From positions 1 to 56,561 of the forward strand of contig DATMBL010000158.1 in NCBI GenBank assembly GCA_035559295.1: a stretch of DNA of 56,561 nucleotides, written 5' to 3'. Positions 41,869 through 50,664 of the stretch are shown piece by piece. The notes under the pieces are model-generated. The model ran no database searches and had not been told where the DNA came from. It worked only from the letters and a program-made list of their open reading frames with translations. The stretch's first letter is position 1; each line of letters starts with the position of its first letter. A program made the position numbers and the translations under genes. The DNA comes from Candidatus Eiseniibacteriota bacterium (GTDB taxonomy: Bacteria; Desulfobacterota; Binatia; UBA9968).

Positions 41869-42441
41869 ATGGCGGACGCGTTGATCATCGTGGACGTGCA
41901 AAATGACTTTTGCCCCGGCGGAGCGCTTCCCGTCGCCGACGGCGATCGCGTGGTGCCCGTTCTCAATCGGTACATCGAAAAGTTCCGAGCCGAAAAGCTC
42001 CCGGTGATCGCAACACGCGATTGGCACCCGGAAAAGACTACGCACTTCAACACGTTCGGAGGGCCGTGGCCGCCTCACTGTATCCAGGGGACGCGCGGGG
42101 CGGCGTTCCACCCGGATCTCAATCTCGGTCCCGATGTCCTGATCGTCTCGAAGGGGATGGGTGAAGCCGAGGACAGCTATTCCGGGTTTCAGGCGGTTGA
42201 CGCGGCCGGTGTGCCACTGGCCAGGTTGTTGCGCGAAAGAGGCGTGGAGCGGATCTTTGTCGGCGGACTCGCCACCGACTATTGCGTCAAGCACACGGTA
42301 CTCGACGGAATCAAGGAAGGATTTCGGGTAACGCTTCTCAGGGACGCCGTCCGGGGAGTGAATTTGAAGCCGGGCGATGCCGAAGAAGCGATTGCGACCA
42401 TGACCCGCGCCGGCGCGTCTGTGGAAGCGCGGTTCGCTTGA
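41869..42441 (+). CDS. pncA: Nicotinamidase / pyrazinamidase (isochorismatase family)
   Basis: 190 aa. Motifs seen are IIVDVQNDFCPGGAL, ATRDWHP, HCIQGT and the catalytic Cys context GLATDYCV. Confidence 0.85.
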   Translation: MADALIIVDVQNDFCPGGALPVADGDRVVPVLNRYIEKFRAEKLPVIATRDWHPEKTTHFNTFGGPWPPHCIQGTRGAAFHPDLNLGPDVLIVSKGMGEAEDSYSGFQAVDAAGVPLARLLRERGVERIFVGGLATDYCVKHTVLDGIKEGFRVTLLRDAVRGVNLKPGDAEEAIATMTRAGASVEARFA

Positions 42442-42602
42442 CCCCGGGCGCACGGCAAGTACGGCCCCTTCGGGCCGCCAAATCGTTTACCCTCTAGCCC
42501 TGCGAACGCAAGCGCTCTCGCGCGGCATGCGCCCCCGCTCTCGCCGTTGTCGATCGCAGTGATCTGGTGTTTAATGGCGCAAACTTTGGAGGCGAGCCAA
42601 CC

Positions 42603-43418
42603 GTGACCTTAGCGATTCCTGATTTCGAATATGCCAAAGAGTTGGAGACCGCGGCGCGGGCCGGGCGGGAGGCGGGCGCGATCATCATGGGTCTGTTTAA
42701 AGGCCGGTTCGATATCCATGAAAAGAGCAAGAATAACCCGGTCACGACCGCCGATCTGGAGGCGAACACGCGCATTCGAGAGATCGTCCGCAGCACCTTT
42801 CCGCGCGATGCGTGGCTCTCGGAAGAAGATCGGGACAACGTTGCCAGACTTGGCTCCTCGCGCGTTTGGGTGATCGATCCGATCGACGGAACCAAAGAAT
42901 TCATTGAAGGCGTGCCGCAGTTTGCTGTATCGATCGGATTTGTCGTTAACGGCAGCGCCAGGGTGGCGGTGGTTTACAATCCGGCCAAAGAGCGTTTCTA
43001 CAGCGCGGCCGAAGGGCAGGGCGCTTATCTTAACGGTAAAGCCATTCGAGTAACCCCGCGGCAAGAGGTGCGGGGAGCCCTTCTGTTGGTCAGCCGTTCT
43101 GAGCCGCAGCGCAAGTTCCGCGTGTTTGTCGACCTCTGCGAGATCAAGCGCATCGGCAGCATCGCTTACCGCCTGGCCAAAGTGGCGGGAGCCGACGGCG
43201 ACGGGACCCTCACGTTTCGCTCCATCCACGAGTGGGACATCTGCGCCGGAGCGCTGTTGATTCAAGAGGCGGGCGGCGCCGTGGTCGACGGGAGCGGTAA
43301 CCCGGTGAGCTTCAATCAACCGGACGCGCGCCATCGCGGGATCGTCGCAGCGAATGCCACGCTCGCCTCGGGGCTCCAGGGCCTGTGGGCGGCGGCGATG
43401 GCGGAAAACGCGCAATGA
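42603..43418 (+). CDS. Inositol monophosphatase family protein (IMPase/CysQ-like)
   Basis: Motifs seen are WLSEE, WVIDPIDGTKEF and the WDICAG block. I prefer the GTG at 42603, 9 nt after GGAGG. The track ORF starts at 42567. Confidence 0.8.
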   Translation: MTLAIPDFEYAKELETAARAGREAGAIIMGLFKGRFDIHEKSKNNPVTTADLEANTRIREIVRSTFPRDAWLSEEDRDNVARLGSSRVWVIDPIDGTKEFIEGVPQFAVSIGFVVNGSARVAVVYNPAKERFYSAAEGQGAYLNGKAIRVTPRQEVRGALLLVSRSEPQRKFRVFVDLCEIKRIGSIAYRLAKVAGADGDGTLTFRSIHEWDICAGALLIQEAGGAVVDGSGNPVSFNQPDARHRGIVAANATLASGLQGLWAAAMAENAQ

Positions 43419-43753
43419 GCGAGGCCGCGATGCGCCGCTGCATTTACTGTGGCGATCGGAGACCCACATGGTCGCGGAGGTGCGGCGACTGCAAGAAACT
43501 CCTTGCTCGAGTGGACGCGCTGCGCGGCCGGGTGGGTTATGGCGAGTTTCTCGACGGCCTCGAGCAGACGGGTGTGGCGCGAGAGAAAATCATGCGGTTT
43601 CTCACCGCCGACCCTGAAGGAAAGGGGAGCATCCAGGATCAGGTGACGGCGGAAATGACGAGCGAGTTGATGAGGGTCATGGGCATTCCGGGGCGGCAAA
43701 CGCCGGAAGCGGTGAGGCGGATTCGCCAGCAGCTCGCCAAGACGGACAAGTAA
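43415..43753 (+). CDS. Hypothetical protein with N-terminal CxxC...CxxC zinc-ribbon-like motif
   Basis: The ATG at 43415 overlaps the IMPase stop (ATGA). The sequence is MSEAAMRRCIYCGDRRPTWSRRCGDCKK... followed by a helical rest. I recognise no family. Confidence 0.45.
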   Translation: MSEAAMRRCIYCGDRRPTWSRRCGDCKKLLARVDALRGRVGYGEFLDGLEQTGVAREKIMRFLTADPEGKGSIQDQVTAEMTSELMRVMGIPGRQTPEAVRRIRQQLAKTDK

Positions 43754-43769
43754 CGGGGCCTTCAGCGCC

Positions 43770-44249
43770 GTGGAGTTGACGGTTGCCGTCTCGCTACTCT
43801 TTCTCGTTCTCTATGCCGTCGGGCTCGGCATCCGTAAACTGTTGTTCGTGCGCGACCGCCGTCGTATGCGCGCGGAGACCCGGGCGGGCGGGCGGCGGAT
43901 TGCACGCGCCGGCGAACTCGGGCCGGGGGAGGTCAAGAAGTTCTGGATCATCTGCCGGAAGTACAAGGTGGACGCTTTTCTCGTGAACGACCGCGGGCGC
44001 TACTACGCGTACGTCAATCGCTGCCGGCACATGCCCACGCCGCTCGACTTCGTGCGCGATCAATTCTGGAGCGAGGACGGGCGCTATCTCATGTGTTACA
44101 CGCATGGCGCGCTCTACGAGCCCAGCACGGGGCGTTGCGTCTCCGGGCCGTGCAAAGACCAACGGCTCTATCGCCTGCCGGTCAGAATCGAGAACGGCGA
44201 AATCCTGGTCGGCTGTCCCGAGGGCGACATTTCGTATCTGGCGGATTGA
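43770..44249 (+). CDS. Membrane-anchored Rieske [2Fe-2S] domain protein
   Basis: 159 aa with a GTG start and an N-terminal TM segment (VAVSLLFLVLYAVGLGI). The Rieske ligands are CRH (NRCRHMP) and CxxH (MCYTHG). Confidence 0.7.
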   Translation: MELTVAVSLLFLVLYAVGLGIRKLLFVRDRRRMRAETRAGGRRIARAGELGPGEVKKFWIICRKYKVDAFLVNDRGRYYAYVNRCRHMPTPLDFVRDQFWSEDGRYLMCYTHGALYEPSTGRCVSGPCKDQRLYRLPVRIENGEILVGCPEGDISYLAD

Positions 44250-44417
44250 AGCCACGGCGGCGTTGCGCCGAGTTTGCGAGCTGAGAATCGGCGATTGCGG
44301 GAAATGTGTTTCGGCGAGCGGCCGCCGCTTGCCCCTGCTGTGGGAGAGGTCAACGATCATGCGAGCACGCGATCGCTTGGCGCGCCAGGACCGGCGCTTT
44401 ACGGAAGGAGCAAGACG

Positions 44418-44765
44418 ATGAAAGGCGATTGTTTGTTTTGCGGCATTGTCGAAGGGAAGACCGCAGCCGCGATCGTTTATCGGGACGATTCGGTGGTCGC
44501 TTTCAAGGACATCAACCCCAAGGCTCCCGTGCACATTCTCATCATCCCGTCCGAGCACATCGCCACGGTGCTCGAGCTCGAAGAGGGTCACGGGGCGCTT
44601 CTGGCAAACGTCTTTCGCGTTGCCAATAGGCTCGCCCGGGAGCATGGCATCGCGCAAACCGGGTTCCGGATGGTGGTAAACTGCGGCCAGGCTGCGGGAC
44701 AGACCGTTTTTCATCTCCACTATCATCTCTTGGGTGGCCGGCACCTGGGTTGGCCTCCGGGTTGA
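44418..44765 (+). CDS. HIT-family (histidine triad) nucleotide-binding protein
   Basis: The ATG at 44418 follows GGAAGGAG. Motifs seen are CLFCGIV, AFKDINPKAPVH.LIIP and the triad HLHYHLLGG. Confidence 0.88.
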   Translation: MKGDCLFCGIVEGKTAAAIVYRDDSVVAFKDINPKAPVHILIIPSEHIATVLELEEGHGALLANVFRVANRLAREHGIAQTGFRMVVNCGQAAGQTVFHLHYHLLGGRHLGWPPG

Positions 44766-44806
44766 TCGGAAGCACGCGCTCGACCAGGCGCTGGGGAAAG
44801 GGGCTC

Positions 44807-46066
44807 ATGGGCAACGTGGAATGGAGCAATCCCGCGTACGACCTTGCGGTGCAGCAGTTTGACATCGCTGCTGAAAAGCTCAACCTCGACCGCAACGTGG
44901 CGAACCGGTTACGCCGGCCGGACCGCGCTCTCATCGTGAGCGTTCCGACCCGCATGGATGACGGCCGGGTCCATGTATTCACCGGGTATCGCGTCCAGCA
45001 CAACGACGTACTCGGTCCGTTCAAGGGAGGGATTCGTTACAACCCGCATGTGAATCTCGGCGAAGTTTCGGCGCTGGCCATGTGGATGACCTGGAAGTGC
45101 TCGCTCGTCGGTCTACCGCTCGGCGGCGCAAAAGGCGGCATCGCATGCGATCCGGCCGAGCTTTCGCGCGCCGAGTTGCAGAGCATGACGCGCCGTTATA
45201 CGGCCGAGATTCTCAACTTCATCGGTCCGGAAATCGACGTTCCGGCGCCGGATATGGGCACCAACGAGCAGGTGATGGCATGGATCATGGACACCTACAG
45301 CCAGCACAAAGGCCACGCCGTGCCCGAGGTGGTGACAGGCAAGCCGATCGCCATCGGCGGCACGCTCGGGCGCAAGGAAGCCACCGGGCGCGGCGTGAGT
45401 TACATGATCATGCAGACGGCGAAATACCTTGGCATCGACCTCTTGAAATGCTCCGCGGTCATTCAGGGCTTCGGCAACGTCGGCGCCGTGGTCGTCCGGG
45501 AGCTGGCCAACATCGGCGTCAAAGTCGTCGGAGTTTCCGATCGAACGGGAGCTTTTTACGATCCGAAGGGTCTCCCGGTCGCCGGCTTGCTCGAGCTGGC
45601 GGAGAAAAATCACAGCTTGGAAGGTTGCGCCTATGGGGATAAAATAACCAACGCGGAGTTGCTCGAGCTCGACTGCGATATCTTGGTTCCGGCAGCGCTC
45701 GAGATGCAGATTACCAAGGAAAACGCGGGCCGGATCCGGTGCCGTATTCTGGCCGAGGGCGCAAACGGTCCAACGACCGTGGAAGCCGACGCGATCCTGC
45801 GCGAGAAGGGGGTTTTTGTCATTCCCGACATCCTGGCGAATGCCGGGGGTGTGGTGGTTTCTTATTTCGAGTGGGTTCAGGACCTGCAAAATTTTTTTTG
45901 GACCGAAGAAGAGGTCAACAGCAAACTCAAAGACATTTTGACGCGGGCGTTTAACGAGGTCGTCGCCACTGCCGAGCGACACGACGTCGATATGCGGCTC
46001 GCGGCGCTCATGATCGGCATCAATCGCGTCGCCCAGGCGATGTTATGGCGCGGGCTTTACGCATGA
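44807..46066 (+). CDS. gdhA: Glutamate dehydrogenase (Glu/Leu/Phe/Val dehydrogenase family)
   Basis: The internal ATG at 44807 is used. The catalytic block is KGGIRY...MTWKCSLVGLPLGGAKGG and the Rossmann motif is GFGNVG. Confidence 0.9.
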   Translation: MGNVEWSNPAYDLAVQQFDIAAEKLNLDRNVANRLRRPDRALIVSVPTRMDDGRVHVFTGYRVQHNDVLGPFKGGIRYNPHVNLGEVSALAMWMTWKCSLVGLPLGGAKGGIACDPAELSRAELQSMTRRYTAEILNFIGPEIDVPAPDMGTNEQVMAWIMDTYSQHKGHAVPEVVTGKPIAIGGTLGRKEATGRGVSYMIMQTAKYLGIDLLKCSAVIQGFGNVGAVVVRELANIGVKVVGVSDRTGAFYDPKGLPVAGLLELAEKNHSLEGCAYGDKITNAELLELDCDILVPAALEMQITKENAGRIRCRILAEGANGPTTVEADAILREKGVFVIPDILANAGGVVVSYFEWVQDLQNFFWTEEEVNSKLKDILTRAFNEVVATAERHDVDMRLAALMIGINRVAQAMLWRGLYA

Positions 46067-46140
46067 CGGCCGCCGCTGAGCGCTCGAGAGCAGCGGAGCG
46101 GACCGCCCGCTAAATACACACGCACGAAGGACGTTTCAGC

Positions 46141-46701
46141 ATGATTCAGGCGACACAACTCAGACCCGGGATGATCATTTTACACGACGGCGATCTCTAT
46201 CGCGTGACCGCAGTGAGGCATTTAACGCCGGGAAACAAACGCGGCTTCATGCAAACCAAGTTAAAGAATCTGAGGACCGGCGTTGGCACCGAGTACAAAT
46301 TCCGCTCCGAGGACCGGGTGGATCAGGCGACCTTGCAAACGCGCCAGATGCAGTACCTCTACGCCGAGGGCGATCTGCACACATTTATGGACACGGAAAA
46401 CTACGAGCAAATCACCCTGAGCGCGGAAGAGATCGGCGATTTGCTTGCGTTTCTCTTGCCGAACCAGATCGTTGAGGTGGAGCTGCATGACGGCAAGCCG
46501 GTCGGCGTGAGCCCGCCTCCGACCGTGGATCTGACCGTGATCGATACCGAGCCCTCGATGAAGGGGGCTACGGCCAGCGCGTCGTACAAACCGGCGAAGC
46601 TCGAAACCGGCGTGACCATCCAGGTGCCGCCGTTCATCCAGGTCGGCGACAAGGTACGCGTCGATCCGTCGGAGGGAAGCTACCTCGAGCGCGTCAAGTA
46701 G
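46141..46701 (+). CDS. efp: Elongation factor P
   Basis: 186 aa. The sequence is MIQATQLRPGMIILHDGDLYRV....TPGNKRGFMQTKLKNLRTG, with a typical three-domain length. Confidence 0.95.
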   Translation: MIQATQLRPGMIILHDGDLYRVTAVRHLTPGNKRGFMQTKLKNLRTGVGTEYKFRSEDRVDQATLQTRQMQYLYAEGDLHTFMDTENYEQITLSAEEIGDLLAFLLPNQIVEVELHDGKPVGVSPPPTVDLTVIDTEPSMKGATASASYKPAKLETGVTIQVPPFIQVGDKVRVDPSEGSYLERVK

Positions 46702-47292
46702 ACCGGATCCGATGGACCAGCTCAGCGACTTGGCGCTCAAGATCCTGCAGGCTGCCGGTGTTCTCGATGATATAGTCTGCAAGCCGCCGTTTCTCATCGA
46801 GGCTCATCTGGGCTTCGAGATGGCGGTCGATTTCCTCCTCGGTCAAGCGGTCGCGCTGGCGAAGCCGTTGTCGTTGCGTCTCGCGATCGCACGCGACGAG
46901 AACCACCGGGCGAAGCCAGGCGTCGATTTGGGTCTCGAACAAGAGGGGAGCCATATAGACGATAAGCGGCGCGCCGGCTTCGGCGAGCTCGTCAATCCGC
47001 TTTCGCGCCAAGCGCCGAATCTCGGGATGCGTGATCGCCTCGAGCTGCTTGCGTGCCTGCGGATCGTTGAAAATAATCGCGCGCAGTTTCTGCCGATCGA
47101 TGGTCTGATCCGGTCGAAGAACCTCGGCGCCGAAAGCTTCGCGGATCGCGCGCCACGCCGGTTGTCCGGGACGCACGACCTCGCGCGCCAAGACATCGGC
47201 GTCGATCACGCGCGCGCCGAGCCGTTCGAGCATCGCGGCCACGGTACTCTTACCGCACGCGATTCCTCCGGTAAGACCCACGAGTTTCACTT
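46694..47292 (-). CDS. coaE: Dephospho-CoA kinase
   Basis: The P-loop is at the N-terminus: VKLVGLTGGIACGKST (GTG at 47292). The 3' end overlaps the efp 3' end by 8 nt (convergent). Confidence 0.85.
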
Positions 47293-47361
47293 TTTTCTCA
47301 TCGCAGAATCCAGCGCCGCTTGCAACCTGAGTTGCCGGCACGGGGGGGCGATATAGAACCA

Positions 47362-47622
47362 ATGCCGCGCGTGGTTATTTACACCACCTTTTACTGTCCT
47401 TACTGCCTTGGGGCCAAGGCGTTGCTGCGGGCAAAAAAAATCGAATTCGAAGAGATCGATGTCGGCCGAGATCCGGAACGCCGCAGCGACATGGAACGGC
47501 TCTCGGGAGCGAAGACGGTGCCGCAGATTTTGATCGACGGGCGGCCGATCGGCGGGTACGATGATGCCTGCCGGCTGGATGCCACGGGCGAGCTCGACCG
47601 GCTCCTCGGACTCAAGCGCTGA
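47362..47622 (+). CDS. grxC: Glutaredoxin 3
   Basis: MPRVVIYTTFYCPYCLGAKALL... contains the CPYC active site, TVPQI.I.G and GGYDD. Confidence 0.88.
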   Translation: MPRVVIYTTFYCPYCLGAKALLRAKKIEFEEIDVGRDPERRSDMERLSGAKTVPQILIDGRPIGGYDDACRLDATGELDRLLGLKR

Positions 47623-47651
47623 AGGGACGGGCAGCCGGTTCGGCAGGAATT

Positions 47652-47727
47652 TGGAGGCGGCGAGCGGATTCGAACCGCTGCATCGAGGTTTTGCAGACCT
47701 CTCCCTTTACCACTTGGGTACGCCGCC
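47652..47727 (-). tRNA. tRNA-Cys (anticodon GCA), CCA encoded
   Basis: The reverse complement is GGCGGCGTACCCAAGTGGTAAAGGGAGAGGTCTGCAAAACCTCGATGCAGCGGTTCGAATCCGCTCGCCGCCTCCA. The acceptor is GGCGGCG/CGCCGCC, the anticodon stem is GAGGT/ACCTC with loop CTGCAAA, and the discriminator is U. Confidence 0.92.
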
Positions 47728-47806
47728 ATGCAAAAAAGCTAGCATGTTCTTCCCGCCGGTTGCAACGTTAAGACACGAGAAAGCCTTCCCGTGGCGCCTC
47801 CAAACG

Positions 47807-47835
47807 TTGACAACCCGGGGCTAAACGGCTAATTA
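47807..47835 (+). promoter_or_regulatory. Sigma70-type promoter candidate (TTGACA-17 nt-TAATTA) for the ferredoxin-fusion gene
   Basis: The hexamers were read directly from the sequence, about 25 nt upstream of the ATG at 47860. Confidence 0.4.
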
Positions 47836-47859
47836 AAACACCACCTTCCGAAGAGCCCG

Positions 47860-49287
47860 ATGGCGACAACGATCACCAGCGAATGCATCAACTGCGGCGC
47901 CTGCGAGCCCGAGTGCCCCAATAATGCGATCAGCCAGGGGGAAACGATTTACGTCATTGATCCGCTGCTCTGCACGGAATGCGTCGGGTTCCACGACTAC
48001 GAGGCTTGTGCCGCCGTTTGCCCGGTCGATTGCTGTGTGACCGATCCCAACAACATCGAAACCGAAGAGGTCTTGATCGCACGAGCCCGCGCGCTCCACA
48101 AGGAGATCGACTTTGGCGAAAATTTCCCCTCCCGCTTTCGCAAGGCCGCCGGTACCGAGTCCCAAGCCCCGGCAAGGACGGCTGAGCCCACGCGAGCCGC
48201 GATGCCGATGGCGGAAACCAAGCTAGCCCCCGCTCCCTCGGCGGAGGCGACCGTTGCGCCGGTGGAAACCAAATCGCCCTCGCGCGAAGCGGTTGTGACG
48301 GCGCCGCCCGCAAGTACTCCGGCGGCAAAGCCTGCGCCGGCGGTCACGCCGCCGCCGCGCCAAAAAGAAGTTAAACCTAAAAAGACTTTTCCGCAGGAAC
48401 TCCCGCTGAGCTTTGAAGAAATCTCGAACAAGTTCAGGGGGTGCGGGGCTTTGTCGCAAACCTCGACACGGCTTCTGATCGCGCTTTTGCAACCGTTACT
48501 CGGAGCCCTCCCCCACCGCGCCAAGAAGAACCTGGAAGACGCGGTGCAAAATCCGGTGATTTTTTCGGCGGCCGGCAGTACGGCTCTCAACGTGCTCCAT
48601 AATATCGTGCTTTACCCTCTGGTTGCGATTGCGGCAGCGGTCGCGTTGAATGGAACCGGAATTATTTTCAGTCGGGAGATCAATATTTACGTCATTTGCG
48701 GGATTCTTGTGGGAGTGGTCGAAGGGGCGCTGCGCTTGCGGGATGGGATCTTTCGAGCCAAACCGGCCAGCGAAATGGCCTTTCCGGCGGCCTTTTACGG
48801 CGTGCCCCTCGCGCTGTTGCTGGCACCAGTTCTCGGTAGGCGGTCAGGCGTGGTCCGCGATGTTCCAATTCCGGTAGACGGCTTTTACGCCAAGGGGTTC
48901 GTCGAAAAATTAGAACGCGAACGACGCTACGGCAATGTCTACACGCTCGAGGACCGCGGCGGCGCGTTGCTCTTGCGCTTGGAATTCCCGCGCCGCGTTC
49001 CCGATCTCGGCATACCTGAGCGCGCGCGCGTTCCCGACGAGATGCCGGATTACGATTATGACCTGATTCTAAAAGACGGCCACTTCATCGTGAAGGGACG
49101 ATGCACCGAAGAACTGGTGCGTAAGATTTCTTCGAGTGTCGGCGCTTTTCCACCGGAGTTCACCACTGTGATTCCTCTACCGGCCAAGATCTCCGGCTTT
49201 GTTCACCGCTACGATAACAAACTCCTGGAAGTCTTTCTCGTGAAAGACAGCGGCTCTAACGGCGCAGCCGCATATCCGACGACGTAA
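47860..49287 (+). CDS. Fusion protein: YfhL-type 2x[4Fe-4S] ferredoxin + Pro/Ala/Thr-rich linker + polytopic membrane region + C-terminal Hsp20/alpha-crystallin-like beta domain
   Basis: 475 aa. The N-terminus has CINCGACEPECP and CTECVGFHDYEACAAVCP, colinear with 86-aa YfhL ferredoxins. Residues about 90-185 are low-complexity (APAPSAEATVAPV...PAAKPAPAVTPPP). About four hydrophobic helices span residues about 200-335. The C-terminus is YTLEDRGGALLLRLEFPRRVP...DYDLILKDGHFIVKG...FTTVIPLPAKISGFVHRYDNKLLEVFLVK. Confidence 0.8.
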   Translation: MATTITSECINCGACEPECPNNAISQGETIYVIDPLLCTECVGFHDYEACAAVCPVDCCVTDPNNIETEEVLIARARALHKEIDFGENFPSRFRKAAGTESQAPARTAEPTRAAMPMAETKLAPAPSAEATVAPVETKSPSREAVVTAPPASTPAAKPAPAVTPPPRQKEVKPKKTFPQELPLSFEEISNKFRGCGALSQTSTRLLIALLQPLLGALPHRAKKNLEDAVQNPVIFSAAGSTALNVLHNIVLYPLVAIAAAVALNGTGIIFSREINIYVICGILVGVVEGALRLRDGIFRAKPASEMAFPAAFYGVPLALLLAPVLGRRSGVVRDVPIPVDGFYAKGFVEKLERERRYGNVYTLEDRGGALLLRLEFPRRVPDLGIPERARVPDEMPDYDYDLILKDGHFIVKGRCTEELVRKISSSVGAFPPEFTTVIPLPAKISGFVHRYDNKLLEVFLVKDSGSNGAAAYPTT

Positions 49288-49293
49288 TTTCGC

Positions 49294-49821
49294 ATGGAGC
49301 GAAGCGCCTCTCAGAGAACACGGGAGCGCGATTTGCGCGGTTTTTTCGCGGCGAACGCGCCCGTTACGTTCCGCGCGATGACGCTCGGCGATATCGATTC
49401 AGTGATGGCGATCGAGCGGTCTTCTTTTGCTTACCCTTGGAGCCTGCGCTTCTTTCTCCAGGAGTTTCAGACTCAGTGCTCGCGCGCGCTCGTTGCCGAG
49501 AGCGAAGGAAAGGTCGCAGGCTATGTCTTGTTCTGGCTGCTTCCCGATTCGATCGACGTGCACAATATCGCGGTTCATACCGCGTTTCGCCGCCGCGGCA
49601 TCGGACGCGCGCTCCTGCAGCAGGTCGTACGCCATGCGCAAGAGCGGGGGGTAGCTCGAGTCACACTTGAGGTTCGGCGTTCCAACTTCCCGGCACAGAA
49701 ACTTTATCAATCTTTGGGTTTTCTCATGACCGGTATCCGCAAGGGGTACTACTCCGACGACGGCGAGGATGCTTTTGCGATGGCTCTAGAGCTGGGCGAG
49801 GAGCGATCAAAACTCGGCTAA
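49294..49821 (+). CDS. rimI: GNAT acetyltransferase, ribosomal-protein-alanine N-acetyltransferase-like
   Basis: Motifs seen are the IERSSFAYPWS start motif, NIAVHTAFRRRGIGRALL (acetyl-CoA binding R/Q-x-x-G-x-G/A), LEVRRSN..A..LY..LGF and YY. Confidence 0.75.
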   Translation: MERSASQRTRERDLRGFFAANAPVTFRAMTLGDIDSVMAIERSSFAYPWSLRFFLQEFQTQCSRALVAESEGKVAGYVLFWLLPDSIDVHNIAVHTAFRRRGIGRALLQQVVRHAQERGVARVTLEVRRSNFPAQKLYQSLGFLMTGIRKGYYSDDGEDAFAMALELGEERSKLG

Positions 49822-49905
49822 TGCTTTAACTTCCTCTCGTTTCGAACATCACTGGACGTTTTAAATTTAAAGTATTGAAAAGTTTCGACTTTGACGGGAT
49901 CGGGC

Positions 49906-49935
49906 TTGACGCGCCATTTTTGTCTGGTGTATAGT
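49906..49935 (+). promoter_or_regulatory. Sigma70-type promoter candidate (TTGACG-18 nt-TATAGT), about 220 nt upstream of carD
   Basis: Near-consensus hexamers, read directly from an AT-rich intergenic stretch. Confidence 0.4.
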
Positions 49936-50154
49936 CAATCTTGACCGTCGAGCGCACGCATTTTTCTTCTCGCCAGGTCTTTCCGGCGAAGGGGAGCTGG
50001 ACGTTGAACGATACCGCAGTCCAAACGCTACGAAGCACTCCGTCGCCAAGGCAATCTCCCCTCGAGCCGGTGTTCAAGTCCCGCGCTTTTTCAGTTGCAG
50101 TTCCGATCGACAGGCTGCCGAACGGTTTTGGTCAACGTTTACCAGGAGGTCACC

Positions 50155-50637
50155 ATGTTTAAAGTCGGCGAGAAGGTGGTTTACCCTGCTCACGGCGTGG
50201 GGCAAATCGAAGCGATTCGCACGCACGTGATTTCGGGTACAGAAAAAAAGTTTTACATGCTGCGCATCCTGGAAACCGGCATGAAGATCATGATCCCGAT
50301 CGACAACGTGGAATCGGTGGGCCTCCGCAAGGTGATCGATCGCGCCATGGTGTCGAAAGTTTACAAGGTACTCCGGCAGAAAAAAGTTCAAACGGATCAA
50401 CAAACCTGGAACCGCCGTTATCGGGAATACACGGAAAAAATCAAGACGGGATCGATCCTGGAGATCGCCAAGGTGCTTCGTGACCTTTTCGTGCTCAAGG
50501 CCGATAAGGAGTTGTCGTTCGGCGAAAGAAAGATGCTCGATACGGCGCGCAACCTCCTGGTCAAAGAACTCTCGATCGCCCGCTCGCACTCCGAGGAGAA
50601 GATTATGGAGGAGTTGCGCCACATCTTCACCCACTGA
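50155..50637 (+). CDS. carD: CarD/CdnL-family RNA-polymerase-binding transcription regulator
   Basis: The ATG at 50155 follows AGGAGG. The sequence is MFKVGEKVVYPAHGVGQIEAI......FYML......MKIMIP, with a C-terminal helical domain containing W (TWNRRYREY). Confidence 0.9.
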   Translation: MFKVGEKVVYPAHGVGQIEAIRTHVISGTEKKFYMLRILETGMKIMIPIDNVESVGLRKVIDRAMVSKVYKVLRQKKVQTDQQTWNRRYREYTEKIKTGSILEIAKVLRDLFVLKADKELSFGERKMLDTARNLLVKELSIARSHSEEKIMEELRHIFTH

Positions 50638-50664
50638 GCATTCGCTCCCGCCAATCGACCGCGC

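Noticed and set aside
46694-46701. Convergent 3'-end overlaps (efp/coaE 8 nt; ispD/larE 9 nt at 51420..51428)
   Set aside because: Short convergent overlaps are common in compact genomes. No hairpin or regulatory feature is associated with them.
49960-50095. SRP (4.5S) RNA, 6S RNA or tRNA-like element in the carD upstream region
   Set aside because: CCAGGTC...CCGG...AAGG and GTTCAAGTCC strings resemble SRP domain IV and a T-loop only superficially. The conserved GGAA/GNRA tetraloop context, the AGCAGCC strand and any acceptor or anticodon arms are absent. It is kept only as an unspecified structured RNA candidate.
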